The notes under the pieces are model-generated. The model did not search any database, had not been told where the DNA came from, and saw nothing but the letters and a program-made list of their open reading frames with translations. Below, piece by piece: positions 41,326 to 49,352 of a stretch of DNA of 64,000 nt; within the stretch, counting starts at the first letter, position 1; the number at the start of each line of letters is the position of its first letter. This DNA comes from an uncultured Gammaproteobacteria bacterium (GTDB lineage: Bacteria > Patescibacteriota > Microgenomatia > Levybacterales > GWA1-39-11), in assembly GCA_964452165.1 (NCBI GenBank), contig CAYVKP010000001.1:490729-554728 (forward strand). The letters are read 5' to 3'. The translations under genes and the position numbers were made by a program.

Positions 41326-42459
41326 ATGAAAAACAATTGGCCTGTGAAAAAGTTGGGAGAAGTAGCAGAGGTCTACGGAGGCGGAACCCCTCGACGATCA
41401 ATCTCAGAGTATTGGGATAATGATGTGCCTTGGTTGACAATGGAAGACATAAACTCAAAATTTTATGTTGGCGGTACGGTTCAATACATATCTAATTTAG
41501 GACTTGAGAAGAGCAACGCTCAGCTAGTGCCTTCAGGAAGCGTAGTAATAAGTTCCACTGCGTCAGTAGGAAATGTCGCTATTAATACTATTCCATTGGC
41601 AACTAACCAGCAATTTAATTCATTTCATCCAAAGGAAGCTCTTAATGCAGAATTCTTGGCATATTATTTGATCTTCGATAAAGAAAGAATAAAACGATTG
41701 GGAGGATCTACCACTTTCCAGTTCATAAGCAAGACTACGATTTCAAACTATGGAATTCCTATCCCCCCGATGATTATTCAGAAAAAAATTGTTGAGAAGT
41801 TGGATACGGTAAGACGAGTGCAAGAGCTTTGTGATCAGGAAATCCAAAAAATTGAAGAGCTTATTGAATCAGTAGTTTTCAAATACGTGCAAAATTCAAT
41901 ATCTAATAGGGCTAAATTGGGGGAAGTTTGCAAATATGAGGGAGGAACTCAACCTCCAAAATCAACGTTTATTTCCACATTAAAAGAAGGATATATTCGT
42001 CTTCTTCAGATCAGAGACTATAAAAGTGATAAAGATGCCGTTTATATCCCAGTTAAGGAACGTCATAAGACATGTACTGAAGATGATATTATGATAGGAA
42101 GGTACGGTCCTCCAGTTTTTCAAATTTTAAGAGGTAAAGTAGGAGCATATAACGTTGCCTTAATCAAATGCAACCCCGATAAAAAATTTCTACTGAATGA
42201 TTGGTTATTCTATTTTCTCAGAACTACACCCGTACAGGACAAAATTATTGGTCTTTCAATGAGAGCGAGACAATGGGGAGTAAATCCTGCTGATTTAGAT
42301 AATCTTGAAATACCCCTTCCAAGCCTAAGTGAACAGCAAGAGGTTATCGAAAAGCTTAATGCGATACAGGAGCATAAAAAACTTTTGCTGCGAGAGAGAG
42401 AACTTCTCAAAGAACTCTTTGATTCAGTTTTGAATAAGTGCATGAGAGGTGAAGTCTAA
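41326..42459 (+). CDS. hsdS: Type I RM specificity subunit (two TRDs)
   Basis: WPVKKLGEV...GGTP...IPIPP..IQKKIV, repeated as KLGEVC...IPLPSLSEQQEVIEKL. Confidence 0.93.
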   Translation: MKNNWPVKKLGEVAEVYGGGTPRRSISEYWDNDVPWLTMEDINSKFYVGGTVQYISNLGLEKSNAQLVPSGSVVISSTASVGNVAINTIPLATNQQFNSFHPKEALNAEFLAYYLIFDKERIKRLGGSTTFQFISKTTISNYGIPIPPMIIQKKIVEKLDTVRRVQELCDQEIQKIEELIESVVFKYVQNSISNRAKLGEVCKYEGGTQPPKSTFISTLKEGYIRLLQIRDYKSDKDAVYIPVKERHKTCTEDDIMIGRYGPPVFQILRGKVGAYNVALIKCNPDKKFLLNDWLFYFLRTTPVQDKIIGLSMRARQWGVNPADLDNLEIPLPSLSEQQEVIEKLNAIQEHKKLLLRERELLKELFDSVLNKCMRGEV

Positions 42460-42538
42460 ATTTTCATTCTCCTTGGTATAATTTATGGGATGACTCAATT
42501 GGGTTGAATAATTCCAGAATTTGAGTTATCATCGCTTT

Positions 42539-43012
42539 ATGCCGTGGGATCCTAAAAATCACCCCAAGATGTCCATTCCAAAAAACGAAGACGAATATTT
42601 TGAGGTCATGTCCCGTGTAGTATTCTCTACGGGTCTTAACTGGAACGTTATCAATAAAAAATGGCCGGGTATAAAAGCGGCTCTTTCGAATTTTTCAGCT
42701 GAAAAAGTAGCAAATTATAAAGCCACAGCCGTTGAAGAGCTACTCCAAGACGAGCGTATGATAAGAAGTGCTTCCAAAATCAATGCAGTTATCAAGAATG
42801 CAGGTGCAATACTTTCAGTGAAAAAGGAATTCGGATCCTTTAAAAAATATCTCGATCAAACGAAGAAGATGGGAGCCGAAGAATTACTTGGGGATCTCAA
42901 GAAAAGATTTTCGTATCTTGGTGAGTCAACCGCCCTCATGTTTCTTTATGGAGCAGGAGAGCAAACAAGTGAACTCGATAAAATAATGCGAACGCGTCAC
43001 AAGGGAAAATAG
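42539..43012 (+). CDS. DNA-3-methyladenine glycosylase I (Tag)-like protein, short variant
   Basis: YFE...GLNWNVINKKW...FSAEKVA, IRSASKINAVIKNA, FGSF, DLKKRFSYLG; ATG 42539 follows TTGAAT-17-TATCAT. Confidence 0.75.
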   Translation: MPWDPKNHPKMSIPKNEDEYFEVMSRVVFSTGLNWNVINKKWPGIKAALSNFSAEKVANYKATAVEELLQDERMIRSASKINAVIKNAGAILSVKKEFGSFKKYLDQTKKMGAEELLGDLKKRFSYLGESTALMFLYGAGEQTSELDKIMRTRHKGK

Positions 43013-43030
43013 ACCTACCAACATCAAGCA

Positions 43031-43618
43031 ATGAAGACGTGGATTATTCTTACAATTTTATTTCTTGCTGGGGTTGCGGGTTTTGTGATACTATCTCATC
43101 AGAAACCGGAGCTTAAAAAAGAGCTACCGACTCCCGCCCAAACAAAGAATGCCATGAAGATAACAAGTCCTGCTTTTGAAAACAACCAACCCATTGATTC
43201 AAAATATTCCTGCGATGGGGAAGGAGTAAATCCGCCGCTTGAGTTTCACGACATCCCCCAAGATGCAAAAAGCCTGGTTTTAATAATGGAAGACCCGGAT
43301 GTACCAAAAAATCTCAAGCCTGACGGAATGTTTGATCATTGGGTGGTATTTAATATGCCGTCAACGACAACTTCAGTTACCGAGAATTCTACACCGCCGG
43401 GCGTTGTTGGTAAAAATGGCGCGGGACAAAATGGTTACGCCGCCGCTTGTCCTCCGGACCGCCAACACAGATACTTCTTCAAGCTTTTTGCTTTAGACTC
43501 AATGTTGATGCTTGATGAGGCTGCGGACAAAAAAGCCGTTGTTGATGCAATGGAAGGCCACGTCAAGGCATCAGCGGAGCTCATAGGCCTTTACAACCGT
43601 CCCCAAAATTCCAAGTAG
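43031..43618 (+). CDS. YbhB/YbcL family (PEBP/Raf kinase inhibitor-like) protein with N-terminal anchor
   Basis: ITSPAF, YSCDG..VNPPL, EDPD, HWVVFN, CPP...HRYFFKLFALD. Confidence 0.9.
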   Translation: MKTWIILTILFLAGVAGFVILSHQKPELKKELPTPAQTKNAMKITSPAFENNQPIDSKYSCDGEGVNPPLEFHDIPQDAKSLVLIMEDPDVPKNLKPDGMFDHWVVFNMPSTTTSVTENSTPPGVVGKNGAGQNGYAAACPPDRQHRYFFKLFALDSMLMLDEAADKKAVVDAMEGHVKASAELIGLYNRPQNSK

Positions 43619-43665
43619 GAAACAGGAATCTCCATCTTATCCATTATATCTACTTGTTATTTTGA

Positions 43666-43689
43666 TCCAACGTTCCATGGAATATTGGA
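43666..43689. promoter_or_regulatory. Imperfect 12+12 bp palindrome, candidate operator
   Basis: TCCAACGTTCCA|TGGAATATTGGA (10/12 pairs) just upstream of TGATAATAT and the wHTH gene. Confidence 0.55.
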
Positions 43690-43707
43690 ATGTGATAATA
43701 TAAATTT

Positions 43708-43977
43708 ATGTTAAAAAAAAGAGCTCTTGAGAGAATAGTCAGGTCTTTTGGGAATCATAGGAGAATAGAGATGCTTGACTTGCTTTCTAAAAATCCCGAA
43801 CTCAACCTAACAGATATTGCATCGAGTTTCAAAATTAATATACAAACAGCCAGTGAGCATGTAAGAAAGCTCACTATTTCAGGTCTTGTAATGAAGAAAA
43901 GTCAGGGTAGAAATATCCGCCATAAATTAACAAAAAGAGGATCAAATGTTCTAACGTTCTTACAATCATTAGACTGA
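43708..43977 (+). CDS. ArsR-like winged-HTH transcriptional regulator
   Basis: FGNHRRIEMLDLL...IASSF...TASEHVRKLTISGLV...GRNIRHKLT. Confidence 0.8.
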   Translation: MLKKRALERIVRSFGNHRRIEMLDLLSKNPELNLTDIASSFKINIQTASEHVRKLTISGLVMKKSQGRNIRHKLTKRGSNVLTFLQSLD

Positions 43978-43980
43978 GTT

Positions 43981-44358
43981 ATGAATATTAGGGAGATTTA
44001 TTATATGTTCGATGGTAAGTTGGTGGGGAATCGGCGTATGAAGAATTACGTTTGTAAGGTTGTTCAAAAAATGCCACCTTACTTAATTAGTTTGATAACG
44101 GAAAAGTGTTGGTTTATGGCGTCAATGGACGATGCGTATGGTTTTACTTTTACCGGTAATGATTTACGTGATCAACACCTAATATTCCTGAGTGATGATT
44201 TGTTCCGCCAAAGCGAAAATCAGATTTACTACACCATAGCCCATGAGATAGGTCACGTAATTTTGGGTCATCGTAATTCAACAACTACCCGCCAGACAAA
44301 AGACGAAGTTCGCAGGCAAGAAAAAGAAGCAGATGAATTTGCGAAAAAATACGTTTAG
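43981..44358 (+). CDS. Small HExxH zinc metallopeptidase (ImmA/IrrE- or M48-like)
   Basis: IAHEIGHVILGH plus downstream QEKEADEFA. Confidence 0.75.
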   Translation: MNIREIYYMFDGKLVGNRRMKNYVCKVVQKMPPYLISLITEKCWFMASMDDAYGFTFTGNDLRDQHLIFLSDDLFRQSENQIYYTIAHEIGHVILGHRNSTTTRQTKDEVRRQEKEADEFAKKYV

Positions 44359-44693
44359 AATCCCGCGTTTTGATATTGGTCTATCTGCTTTGTTATGTTT
44401 TTGTTAACGGAGGACATTATCCCAAAACTTAACCAAATGGTTACGACAGTTGATAGAATTGTTAAAACTATTGCAATTATTCCCACGGTTTTTACTTTCT
44501 GATCTTTTTGTCTTATGTATCTTACTCCCGGCCAAAGACCTAGCGGAGGAAGGAGAACGCTCAAAAGATATATGCTAATTTTTTTACCAGTTGTCATAAC
44601 AATGGGTGCATCTTTTATTTTCTTGCCGCAGTTGGGGCAAAAATAATCGGTATCTTTTATTTGTGCTTTGCAGTTGGGGCAAACGTTATTCAT
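44355..44693 (-). CDS. Zinc-ribbon membrane protein
   Basis: CPNC...FCPNCG followed by two TM segments. Confidence 0.8.
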   Translation of the reverse strand: MNNVCPNCKAQIKDTDYFCPNCGKKIKDAPIVMTTGKKISIYLLSVLLPPLGLWPGVRYIRQKDQKVKTVGIIAIVLTILSTVVTIWLSFGIMSSVNKNITKQIDQYQNAGF

Positions 44694-44775
44694 AAGATAA
44701 GCATCTCATACCACCCCATCAAGTTCAACCTCGTGAGTAATTGTTTGTTCGTGGTGGCTTTGATATACTAGGCTC

Positions 44776-46134
44776 GTGGATAATTTATTTGATAAAGTTA
44801 CTTCTCTTGCCAAGCGCCGCGGTTTTATTTACCCCTCATCTGATATTTACGGCGGTCTTGCCAACACGTGGGATTTTGGACCCGTCGGTACACTTCTTAA
44901 AAATAATATTCGCGATCTTTGGTGGAAAAAATTTGTTTTAGATCGCGATGATATGGTAGGACTTGATGCATCTATTTTTCTTTCTTCAAAAGTGTGGGAA
45001 GCATCTGGTCACGTTTCAAACTTTACCGACGCATTAATTGATTGTAAGAATTGTCACTTTAGGACGCGCGCAGATCATCTAATTGAAGATAATGTTCCTG
45101 ACAAAAAAGTTGAGGGGCTTCCAGTTGAAGAGTTGACCAGTATAATTCACGAAAATAATATTAAGTGTCCCAAATGCGGAAAAGTAGACTGGACGCAGGT
45201 TCGCCGGTTTAATCTGCTTTTCGAATCTTCAGTTGGAATAATTGAGGAGGGAAAATCAAAGGTTTACTTGCGAGGCGAAATTGCTCAGGGAATTTTTATC
45301 AATTTTAAAAATGTTCTTAACACTTCGCGAGTTCGCATACCGTTCGGTATCGCTCAGGTTGGGAAGGCTTTTAGAAATGAAATAACTTTGGGCCAGCTTG
45401 TCCATAGGACTTTGGAATTTGACCTCATGGAGTTTGAATATTTTATAAAACCTGAGATGTGGGAAGAAAAGTTCGATTACTTTAAAAACGAGATGTGGGA
45501 ATTTACAAAAGAGCTGGGTCTTAATTCTGAAAATCTGCGCTGGCGAGAACATGAGGAATTTGAGCGCTCTCATTATTCCAAGCGCACGATGGACATTGAG
45601 TATAAATATCCATTCGGTTTTAAAGAGATGTTTGGAATTGCATACAGAACGGATTTTGACCTTAAAAATCATCAGGAAAATTCCGGAAAGGATTTGTCAT
45701 ACACGGATCCGTTCACAAATGAAAAATATATTCCTCATGTCATTGAGCCGACATTCGGACTTTCTCGTTTGGTTGGAATAGTATTGTTCGATTCTTATTT
45801 TGAAGATGGAGAACGAGTAGTTTTAAAACTTGATCCCAAAGTTGCGCCATATAAGGCCGCGGTATTTCCACTTCTTGCCAACAAGCCTGAGCTCGTTGAG
45901 CGTGCACGCAGTATATATAGTAAGCTACGCACGGCTGGCTTGTACGCAGCTTGGGACGAGCGTGGCAATATTGGTAAACGCTATTTTGCTCAGGATGAGA
46001 TAGGTACTCCTTATTGCATAACCGTAGACTTTCAAACTCTTGAGGATGGGACAGTAACTGTTCGCGACCGCGATACCGCTACACAAGAAAGAATCTCGGA
46101 AGATAAACTCCAAGCCTACATTGTAAGAAAATAG
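44776..46134 (+). CDS. glyS: Glycine-tRNA ligase, alpha2 (homodimeric) type
   Basis: KRRGF..SSDIYGG, WEASGH, AQVGKAFRNEIT, EPTFG, anticodon domain GNIGKRY..QDEIGTP.CITVDF. Confidence 0.95.
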   Translation: MDNLFDKVTSLAKRRGFIYPSSDIYGGLANTWDFGPVGTLLKNNIRDLWWKKFVLDRDDMVGLDASIFLSSKVWEASGHVSNFTDALIDCKNCHFRTRADHLIEDNVPDKKVEGLPVEELTSIIHENNIKCPKCGKVDWTQVRRFNLLFESSVGIIEEGKSKVYLRGEIAQGIFINFKNVLNTSRVRIPFGIAQVGKAFRNEITLGQLVHRTLEFDLMEFEYFIKPEMWEEKFDYFKNEMWEFTKELGLNSENLRWREHEEFERSHYSKRTMDIEYKYPFGFKEMFGIAYRTDFDLKNHQENSGKDLSYTDPFTNEKYIPHVIEPTFGLSRLVGIVLFDSYFEDGERVVLKLDPKVAPYKAAVFPLLANKPELVERARSIYSKLRTAGLYAAWDERGNIGKRYFAQDEIGTPYCITVDFQTLEDGTVTVRDRDTATQERISEDKLQAYIVRK

Positions 46135-46179
46135 GTCAACCTATTGACATTTTGTTAAATTTTTATAAAACTAGACTTA

Positions 46180-46995
46180 ATGGCAAATGCCATAGTAGAG
46201 CGACCACGCACATCACCAGTAGGTCTTCTAAAAGCTCCCCAGCAGCGAACTCCCATTCCGGAAACTTTTCTTAGAGAATTTTCTGCAGACTCTGGACAGG
46301 TGGTTCCATCAACCCCCCCCGATCCCAGAACTGACGCTGAGATAACTACTGACTATATCAAAACCAGAAGGAGACTTAATAAAAGCATGTACGACCCTCA
46401 CTATGGTGAGTCTCAGGGTGCATTGATGCACGAAGTCTGGTTAACCGCAAAAACTATGAGAGGGAGAGGAATGGACGTTCCATCGGTTCCGTATAACGGT
46501 CCCGGTGCAATATCCATGAAAGACAGACAGAATTATCGTTTTATTCACCCTATCGGTTCTCCAATGCCAAACGATTTTGGTAGAGGCTTGCCTGATCAGG
46601 GAGGGCACATCGATAGAATGAAATCATCTTTTGAAGGTTTCGAGTTTCGAGTAGAAAATAAGGAAGGAGAGCAGGCAGTTGTTGACGTAGGAAGTCTAAT
46701 TGCTGCGTCGGGAGAACCTACTATTGGGGATTCGGCTCCGGACGCTAAGACAAAGGTAAAAATTTACCCGACCGGAGAAAAAACAGAAAGCGAAAGTGCC
46801 TATCCATGGAAGGATGCGGTAGAGGAGGGCCTGGTGTGGCGTTACAAAACATCCTTACACGAAATGACACAACTGAGACAACTAAGAGGTCCGCGAACTC
46901 AGGAACAAGAGGATTCTTTCAGAGCGGCTTTTCGAAAATCTTCGGCAATGAAAAAAGTGATCGACCGTAAGGGGATAGACTTGACTCGTATGTAG
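46180..46995 (+). CDS. Hypothetical soluble protein
   Basis: 271-aa ORF with its own TTGACA-type promoter; no recognisable motif. Confidence 0.6.
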   Translation: MANAIVERPRTSPVGLLKAPQQRTPIPETFLREFSADSGQVVPSTPPDPRTDAEITTDYIKTRRRLNKSMYDPHYGESQGALMHEVWLTAKTMRGRGMDVPSVPYNGPGAISMKDRQNYRFIHPIGSPMPNDFGRGLPDQGGHIDRMKSSFEGFEFRVENKEGEQAVVDVGSLIAASGEPTIGDSAPDAKTKVKIYPTGEKTESESAYPWKDAVEEGLVWRYKTSLHEMTQLRQLRGPRTQEQEDSFRAAFRKSSAMKKVIDRKGIDLTRM

Positions 46996-47019
46996 TTTTC
47001 TGTTTAAGATATATCAGTA

Positions 47020-47523
47020 ATGGATTTTTTCAAGAAAAATAAAATAGCAGTAGTAATAGTTATTGTAATAGTCGTTGTTGTGGGCGGATTCTTAGTTCTT
47101 AAAAAAGGTGGGAGTCAAACCGCGAATACTCCCTCTGAACAACAACAGAAGGTCAAGCAATTGAAGCCTGAAGATATAGGACTCGTGCTTTCACTGCGGG
47201 ATGATAAAAAGGCGGTAGAACTTAAGGCATCAAAGCTTAACGGCGTTAAAAGCATTGAATATGAGGTATCGTACAACGCAAAAAATACAGATCCGGTGGG
47301 CGACAGCGAGGACGGTGCTACGGGTGATATTCCAAGGGGAGTTGTTGCATCTCCCATCGACATAAATGGACAATCAGAGATCTCAAAAGAAATACTTCTC
47401 GGTACTTGCTCGCGTAACGTATGTAAGTACGACGATGTTACTTCAGATATAAAATTCATTATAAAAGTTAACTACACAAACGGCGAAGTTGGTAGTATTG
47501 AGACTTCACTCCCCGTTAAATAA
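47020..47523 (+). CDS. Hypothetical membrane-anchored exported protein
   Basis: N-terminal TM; C-terminal LGTCSRNVC Cys pair. Confidence 0.7.
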   Translation: MDFFKKNKIAVVIVIVIVVVVGGFLVLKKGGSQTANTPSEQQQKVKQLKPEDIGLVLSLRDDKKAVELKASKLNGVKSIEYEVSYNAKNTDPVGDSEDGATGDIPRGVVASPIDINGQSEISKEILLGTCSRNVCKYDDVTSDIKFIIKVNYTNGEVGSIETSLPVK

Positions 47524-47607
47524 TCTTCTCAATTTAAGTTTTCACAAATACTTTTCACATTTAGTGTTTTCGGTTAGACATAGCCACTATTTTGGTATAA
47601 ATACCTC

Positions 47608-47660
47608 TTGACGCGGTGTGAAAATTGATGCAAAATGGGAAAAGATGGGAAAAAGTGGGA
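47608..47660 (+). promoter_or_regulatory. dcw promoter with three MraZ-binding TGGGA boxes
   Basis: TTGACG(47608)-17-CAAAAT(47631); TGGGA at 47636, 47646, 47656 (10-bp period), matching known MraZ TGGGN repeats. Confidence 0.8.
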
Positions 47661-47750
47661 TACAACTTCGATTAAGAATCTAAAAAAGTAAGTTTTAGTT
47701 CGGCAGAACAGGAAGAGAGCCACCTCTCTTAATCCTTGGTGGACAAGACT

Positions 47751-48197
47751 ATGTTAATAGGACAATATGAAGCGAAAATTGATGAAAAAGGTAGGACGGC
47801 GCTCCCGAAGAAATTCAGGGAAGTCCTGGGCGATAATATCATTCTTACTCTAGGTTATGAAAATTCACTTATCATCGTATCAAAAGACTTATGGAGCAAT
47901 CTCCTCGAGGGAACGGCCGGAAGACCTTTTATTGAGTATGAGACGCGTGAAACTCAGCGTTTCCTCCTCGGAGGCGCAACCGAGGCTGCGCTCGATAGTA
48001 AAGGCCGCTTTATATTACCAGCGTATTTACGAGAATTTGCAAAAGTTTCAGACGAGGTTGTGTTCTTAGGCTTGTCAAGGTACGTTGAGGTGTGGGATAA
48101 GAAGCGTTGGCAAGAGTATCGGGAGAATTTAGAGGAGAATATCGAAGGGATTTCAAAAAGATTGGTAGATAAGAAAGATAAGGAGCGGAATGGATAA
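47751..48197 (+). CDS. mraZ: Division/cell wall cluster transcriptional repressor MraZ
   Basis: GQYEAKIDEKGR..LP, LDSKGRFILP..LRE, VEVWD. Confidence 0.95.
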   Translation: MLIGQYEAKIDEKGRTALPKKFREVLGDNIILTLGYENSLIIVSKDLWSNLLEGTAGRPFIEYETRETQRFLLGGATEAALDSKGRFILPAYLREFAKVSDEVVFLGLSRYVEVWDKKRWQEYRENLEENIEGISKRLVDKKDKERNG

Positions 48198-49068
48198 TTA
48201 TCATACACCGGTATTACTGTCAGAAGTTGTTGAAGGATTGCAGGTTCGAAAAGATGGTTTGTATATAGACGCGACGCTTGGGGGAGGGGGACATACCTCT
48301 GAAATCCTTAAGCTTGGGGGAAGAGTTTTAGGAATAGATCAAGACGAAGATAGTATTTCGCACATTAAAAAGAAGTTTGAATCAGAAATAAACGAGGGAA
48401 GATTAGTTGTGTCTCAGGGTAACTTTTCAGAGATAGAAAAAATTGCCCAAGACAGCGGATTTTCGCAAATCGACGGTATTTTGTTTGATCTTGGAGTTTC
48501 AAGCTATCAGATAGACAAAAGCGGAAGAGGGTTCAGTTTTTTAAAGTCCGAAATGCTTGATATGAGAATGTCAAAAAGCATTGATCTAACAGCTTATGAA
48601 ATAGTCAATAATTGGTCGGAGCAGCAACTTTATGAGATTTTCGCAAAATATGGGGAAGAGATAAAGGCAAGAGACGTTGCAAAGGCGATTTTTGTGGCAA
48701 GAAGGATTAAGCCAATAGAAACAACGACTGAGCTTTCAGAAATCGTAACTGGAGTTATCAAAAATTCAGGAAAAATACATCCGGCGACAAGAATATTTCA
48801 GGCCTTGAGAATTGCTGTAAACGAGGAGCTTGGGAGTTTAAGAAGTGCGTTGACTTCTGGATTCAAACTTTTAAAAAGAGGAGGAAGAATAGAAGTAATA
48901 TCTTTCCACTCTCTTGAGGATAGAATCGCTAAGCTTTATTTCTCAAGCCTTGAGAGGGAGGGCGCGGCTCACTTAATTAATAAAAAGCCGATTGTAGCAG
49001 GGGAGAAGGAGACAGAGATCAACAGGCGTTCAAGAAGCGCCAAACTTAGAATTATAGAAAAAATATGA
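48190..49068 (+). CDS. rsmH: 16S rRNA m4C1402 methyltransferase
   Basis: HTPVLL, DATLGGGGH, DLGVSSYQ, HPATRIFQALRIAVN, SFHSLEDR, RSRSAKLR. Confidence 0.96.
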   Translation: MDNYHTPVLLSEVVEGLQVRKDGLYIDATLGGGGHTSEILKLGGRVLGIDQDEDSISHIKKKFESEINEGRLVVSQGNFSEIEKIAQDSGFSQIDGILFDLGVSSYQIDKSGRGFSFLKSEMLDMRMSKSIDLTAYEIVNNWSEQQLYEIFAKYGEEIKARDVAKAIFVARRIKPIETTTELSEIVTGVIKNSGKIHPATRIFQALRIAVNEELGSLRSALTSGFKLLKRGGRIEVISFHSLEDRIAKLYFSSLEREGAAHLINKKPIVAGEKETEINRRSRSAKLRIIEKI

Positions 49069-49352
49069 AAAGAATAATCAAATTATCAATACTTATTTTA
49101 GTCGTTGTGGCGATTGTTTTGCAGTGTGTAAGTATTTATTTGTCAAACACAAATGCAATAACAAGCGTTGATGCGACCAAACTTTCGGCTCAAATAGAAA
49201 ACTTGAGCGAAGAGAATATGCAGCTTGAGACCAAGGTTTTGGCCTTATCGTCAATGACAAATGTTGCATCAAGAGCAGCTGTTATGGGATATTCCGATAG
49301 TCGTGATATAGTCTCGCTTTACGATCCGGTACAAGTGGCTTCCGCGCGATGA
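49065..49352 (+). CDS. ftsL: Cell division protein FtsL-like
   Basis: Short TM plus coiled coil, located between rsmH and the PBP gene. Confidence 0.6.
   Translation: MKRIIKLSILILVVVAIVLQCVSIYLSNTNAITSVDATKLSAQIENLSEENMQLETKVLALSSMTNVASRAAVMGYSDSRDIVSLYDPVQVASAR

Noticed and set aside
42474-42507. TGGTATAAT followed by the tiny ORF MTQLG*
   Set aside because: Could be the remnant of a deleted gene, but five codons give no support; the Tag-like gene has its own promoter
47636-47660. TGGGA repeats considered as a novel repeat or mini-CRISPR
   Set aside because: Explained by known MraZ binding boxes upstream of mraZ
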